This document shows positions 61,143 to 64,000 of a DNA stretch of 64,000 nucleotides, in pieces. The notes under the pieces are model-generated. The model did no database searches. It was not told the origin of the DNA and saw nothing but the letters and a program-made list of their open reading frames with translations. Source of the DNA: Chrysemys picta bellii (lineage: Eukaryota); contig NC_088792.1 of assembly GCF_011386835.1 (NCBI RefSeq), positions 163,308,001 to 163,372,000 on the forward strand. The letters run 5' to 3'. Position 1 is the stretch's first letter. Each line of letters opens with the position of its first letter. Position numbers and translations under genes: made by a program.

Positions 61143-61347
61143 GGTGTCCTACTCAAGCCAAGAAGTTCTTGTGTCCAGTGGCTCCGGATTCATAGTGTCA
61201 GAGGAAGGACTGATTGTCACTAATGCTCATGTCCTCACCAATAAGCAGAGAATTCGAGTGGAGCTCAAGAGCGGGGAGCAGTACGAAGCTAAAATCAAAG
61301 ATGTCGACCACAAGTTGGACATAGCCCTGATCAAAATATATCCTGAT
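61143..61347 (+). CDS. HTRA4: HTRA4 exon 3 (catalytic His and Asp)
   Basis: [20 protein letters not shown] (His 61228-61230) and KLDIALIKI (Asp 61318-61320); 205 nt; gcacag acceptor, GAT|GTGAGT donor. Confidence 0.93.
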
Positions 61348-61837
61348 GTGAGTATGACTGAGCTCTCTGGGGAGGACCATCAGTTAGGGAAGCAGAAAAT
61401 AAACTGAGGGTTAAACTCAAAGCTGGTGCATTTGTGTGTTTGGTAGGTAGTGGTCTTTCCTCCATAAGACTTAGTGGGGCAGGCTGCTGATAGTGGTATT
61501 GGGGAAAGCATGGTTATAACCTTTCTGGGCACAGGGTTTAGGAGCTGCCCCACCGCAGAGAGGTTGGTCTTACCTAGTTCAAGTACATGCCCTATATCTC
61601 TGTTTACAAGCGGCTCTCATTTAGTAGCTGCAGGAAGATGCTGTTGATTTTTCTTTTCCAAATAACTTTTAGTTACACTAATAAAAGAACTAGTTCTACT
61701 CCAAATAGGTATTTAAAAAAACAAACAACAAAACACTCCAAACCTTCCACCTTCTTGGAGTAAACTTTCATTTTGCTGCCCAGTTTGTATCTCTGTACGA
61801 AGTGTGTGTCTATAAGGGATTCTGTGTCTCTCTGTGG

Positions 61838-62122
61838 CAGGGCAGGCTCCAGGCACCAGCGTTCCAAGCAAGTGCTTGGGGTGGCAATCTGCAAGGGGCA
61901 GGAGTCCATGTATTTTTGCCCCCAAGCAGCACACTGAATTGCTACTGCGGACGGCCGGGGCAGTCCGTGTGCTGTTAGGGCGGCACCTGCGTTTCCGCAG
62001 CGGCGGCAATCCGGCAGCAGGAAATGTGAGTGCCGCCCTAACGGCGCATGGACTGCCCCGGCCGTCCGCAGCAGCAATTCGGCGCGCTGCTTGGGGCGGC
62101 AAAAACAGTAAAGCTGGCCCTG
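61838..62122 (+). mobile_element. hAT MITE (285 bp) with internal hairpin
   Basis: TIRs CAGGGCAGGCT / AGCTGGCCCTG; perfect 8-bp TSD CTCTGTGG; internal inverted arms of about 50 bp. Confidence 0.92.
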
Positions 62123-63126
62123 CTCTGTGGGAATTAGTTGGGGGTATTCTGTTTGTTCTTTACTTAAAAGGAAAAAAAATAGAAACCATCTTCTTTGCAA
62201 AGCCATGGGGGTGGGGTGGAAGTAACTAAATATAATGGAAGATTCAGCTTCCAAAGGGGGGGATGTAAATCTACCCAAAGAAATTGTCCATGGTATTTTC
62301 ATAGGAGAACTGTTTTTGGAGCTGTATTTAAAAACTCCTGAACCCTAATGGTTGGCTGGTGTGAGTCAATAAAAGACCATATTGTGACATTGATTGTTTT
62401 AAGCTGAACTCCCCCATTGAATTGAAAGGAGAGTCAGTATATGTCCACAGCATGTCCCACTGAAACACTGGTAAAGTGAAGAAGAGAGGTGATGCAGGCA
62501 GTGCAATGATTTACAGCCATCCCATTAATGACCGCAGCAGGGCAGAGGTTCTTTCCAAACTGTGAAAGGCAGAGAATGGCTAATATTTCTGGCATGGCCG
62601 TGGGAGGCAGTACACAGCTCTTACTAGGTATTTTAAATACTGAAGAGTGTTTGAGTGTCAGATGCCATGAAGAACATTATTCCATCATATGACAAGCCAA
62701 GCCAGAGTGTGATCAAGCGGGGAATCTGTCACTCTCACCTAGGGAGCACTAGGAAATTCTTTCAAAGACTTCCCGCTAGGTGAAGTATGTGAGGTGGGGC
62801 TTCATGGAGGAAGTGCTGTGATGAAATGGAACAATGCGATTGGACCCATTGAGGGTCAAATTTTTTTTGGAAATTGTCCACAGAATGTCTTTTTACCCAT
62901 CAAAACCTATGTTTGTACTCACAAGTTGAGTAGACCTGCCTCTGATCCATGCTGTCCTATACGTGCGCGTGCTATGAATATTTCCATGTTGTTAGTGAGA
63001 AGGCTAGTCTGCCAGAAGCAATTCTCCCTTAGATAACATGCCCTAAAGGATTCAAAATATGTGCTGATCTGAATGAACCCTGCCGTATGAAGACATCTTC
63101 TTCATGTCCGCATTCAGTGATTAAAC

Positions 63127-63421
63127 CAGGGGTCGGCAACCTTTCAGAAGTGCTGTGCTGAGTCTTCATTTATTCACTCTAATTTAAGGTTTCGTGTGCC
63201 AGTAATACATTTTAATGTTTTTAGAAGGTCTCTTTCTTTAAGTCTATAATATATAACTAAACTATTGTATGTATGTAAAGTAACTAAGGTTTTTTTAAAT
63301 CTTTAAGAAGCTTCATTTAAAATTAAATTAAAATGCAGAGCCCCCCGGACCGGTGGCCAGGAATCAGGCAGGGTAAGTGCCACTGAAAATCAGCTCGTGT
63401 GCCGCACGTTGCCTACCCCTG
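63127..63421. mobile_element. hAT MITE (295 bp), different family
   Basis: TIRs CAGGGGTCGGCAAC / GTTGCCTACCCCTG; 8-bp TSD GATTAAAC / AATTAAAC (7/8). Confidence 0.88.
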
Positions 63422-63589
63422 AATTAAACCTAGGAATCCTGAACTTCAGAGTGTTTAATAACACTTGAGTATCTGCTCTGCTGCCTACAGAATAACGCCT
63501 TCTCCTGGAGCCTGTGGGCTTCTGTACTAGTCTAAGGAATCAGTGTCTAGCAGTATGTGACCAGTTTGATTGTTCTGCCTCCTCCCCAG

Positions 63590-63784
63590 ACTGCCCTCTC
63601 TGTACTACTGCTGGGCAGATCCTCTGACCTCCGTCCTGGGGAGTTTGTGGTGGCGCTGGGCAGTCCCTTCTCCTTACAAAACACTGTAACAACAGGAATC
63701 GTCAGCAGCACTCAAAGAGGCAGCAAGGAGCTTGGCCTGAAGGACTCTGACATGGCGTACATTCAGACAGATGCCATCATCAAT
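63590..63784 (+). CDS. HTRA4: HTRA4 exon 4 (gene continues beyond window; catalytic Ser not included)
   Basis: [65 protein letters not shown]; 195 nt; ccccag acceptor, AAT|GTAAGT donor. Confidence 0.93.
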
Positions 63785-64000
63785 GTAAGTGCCAAGTCTA
63801 GAGACTTCCCCTTCAGGGATGGGGACCTTAGGCATGTCCACAGCAGCAGAGAGGTCTTCAGTTAGATTTAACTGCGGTTCCTGTGTTCCTTAGAGAATGA
63901 TGCCCAAAGAGTTCCCAAACTTTTCATTGTATGAACTACACTGTAATTAACAGAGATGGTCTCATGGATGCCTCTCCCGTTTGCATTCACCTCACATCCA

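Overview
Vertebrate genomic DNA, almost certainly a cryptodiran turtle (tortoise polIII/SINEs, turtle-type CR1 LINEs, hAT and PIF/Harbinger MITEs, Penelope-like remnants). It holds one complete gene on the + strand, PLEKHA2/TAPP2: CpG-island promoter and probable non-coding exon 1 near 0.1-0.9 kb, then 11 coding exons from 11119 to 48553 that splice in frame to about 429 aa (two PH domains, C-terminal TSDV PDZ ligand). It is followed by the first four coding exons (57596-63784) of an HtrA-family serine protease, HTRA4 by synteny, which runs off the right edge. All ~200 other short ORFs in the track are TE fragments, intron read-through or GC-rich noise. I found no evidence of a wholly new protein-coding system. 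The most interesting non-genic signals are: (i) Penelope pLTR relics carrying decayed minimal hammerhead-ribozyme cores, two with intact 12-13 bp TSDs; (ii) an unexplained near-perfect 88-bp-arm inverted repeat 1 kb upstream of HTRA4; (iii) a 111-bp RUNX/AP-1/SP-KLF/MYB/GATA/PU.1 motif cluster in PLEKHA2 intron 2; (iv) a young, CpG-rich hAT MITE family with shared ends but swapped interiors. TE family names and human reference sequences are from memory, not from database searches.
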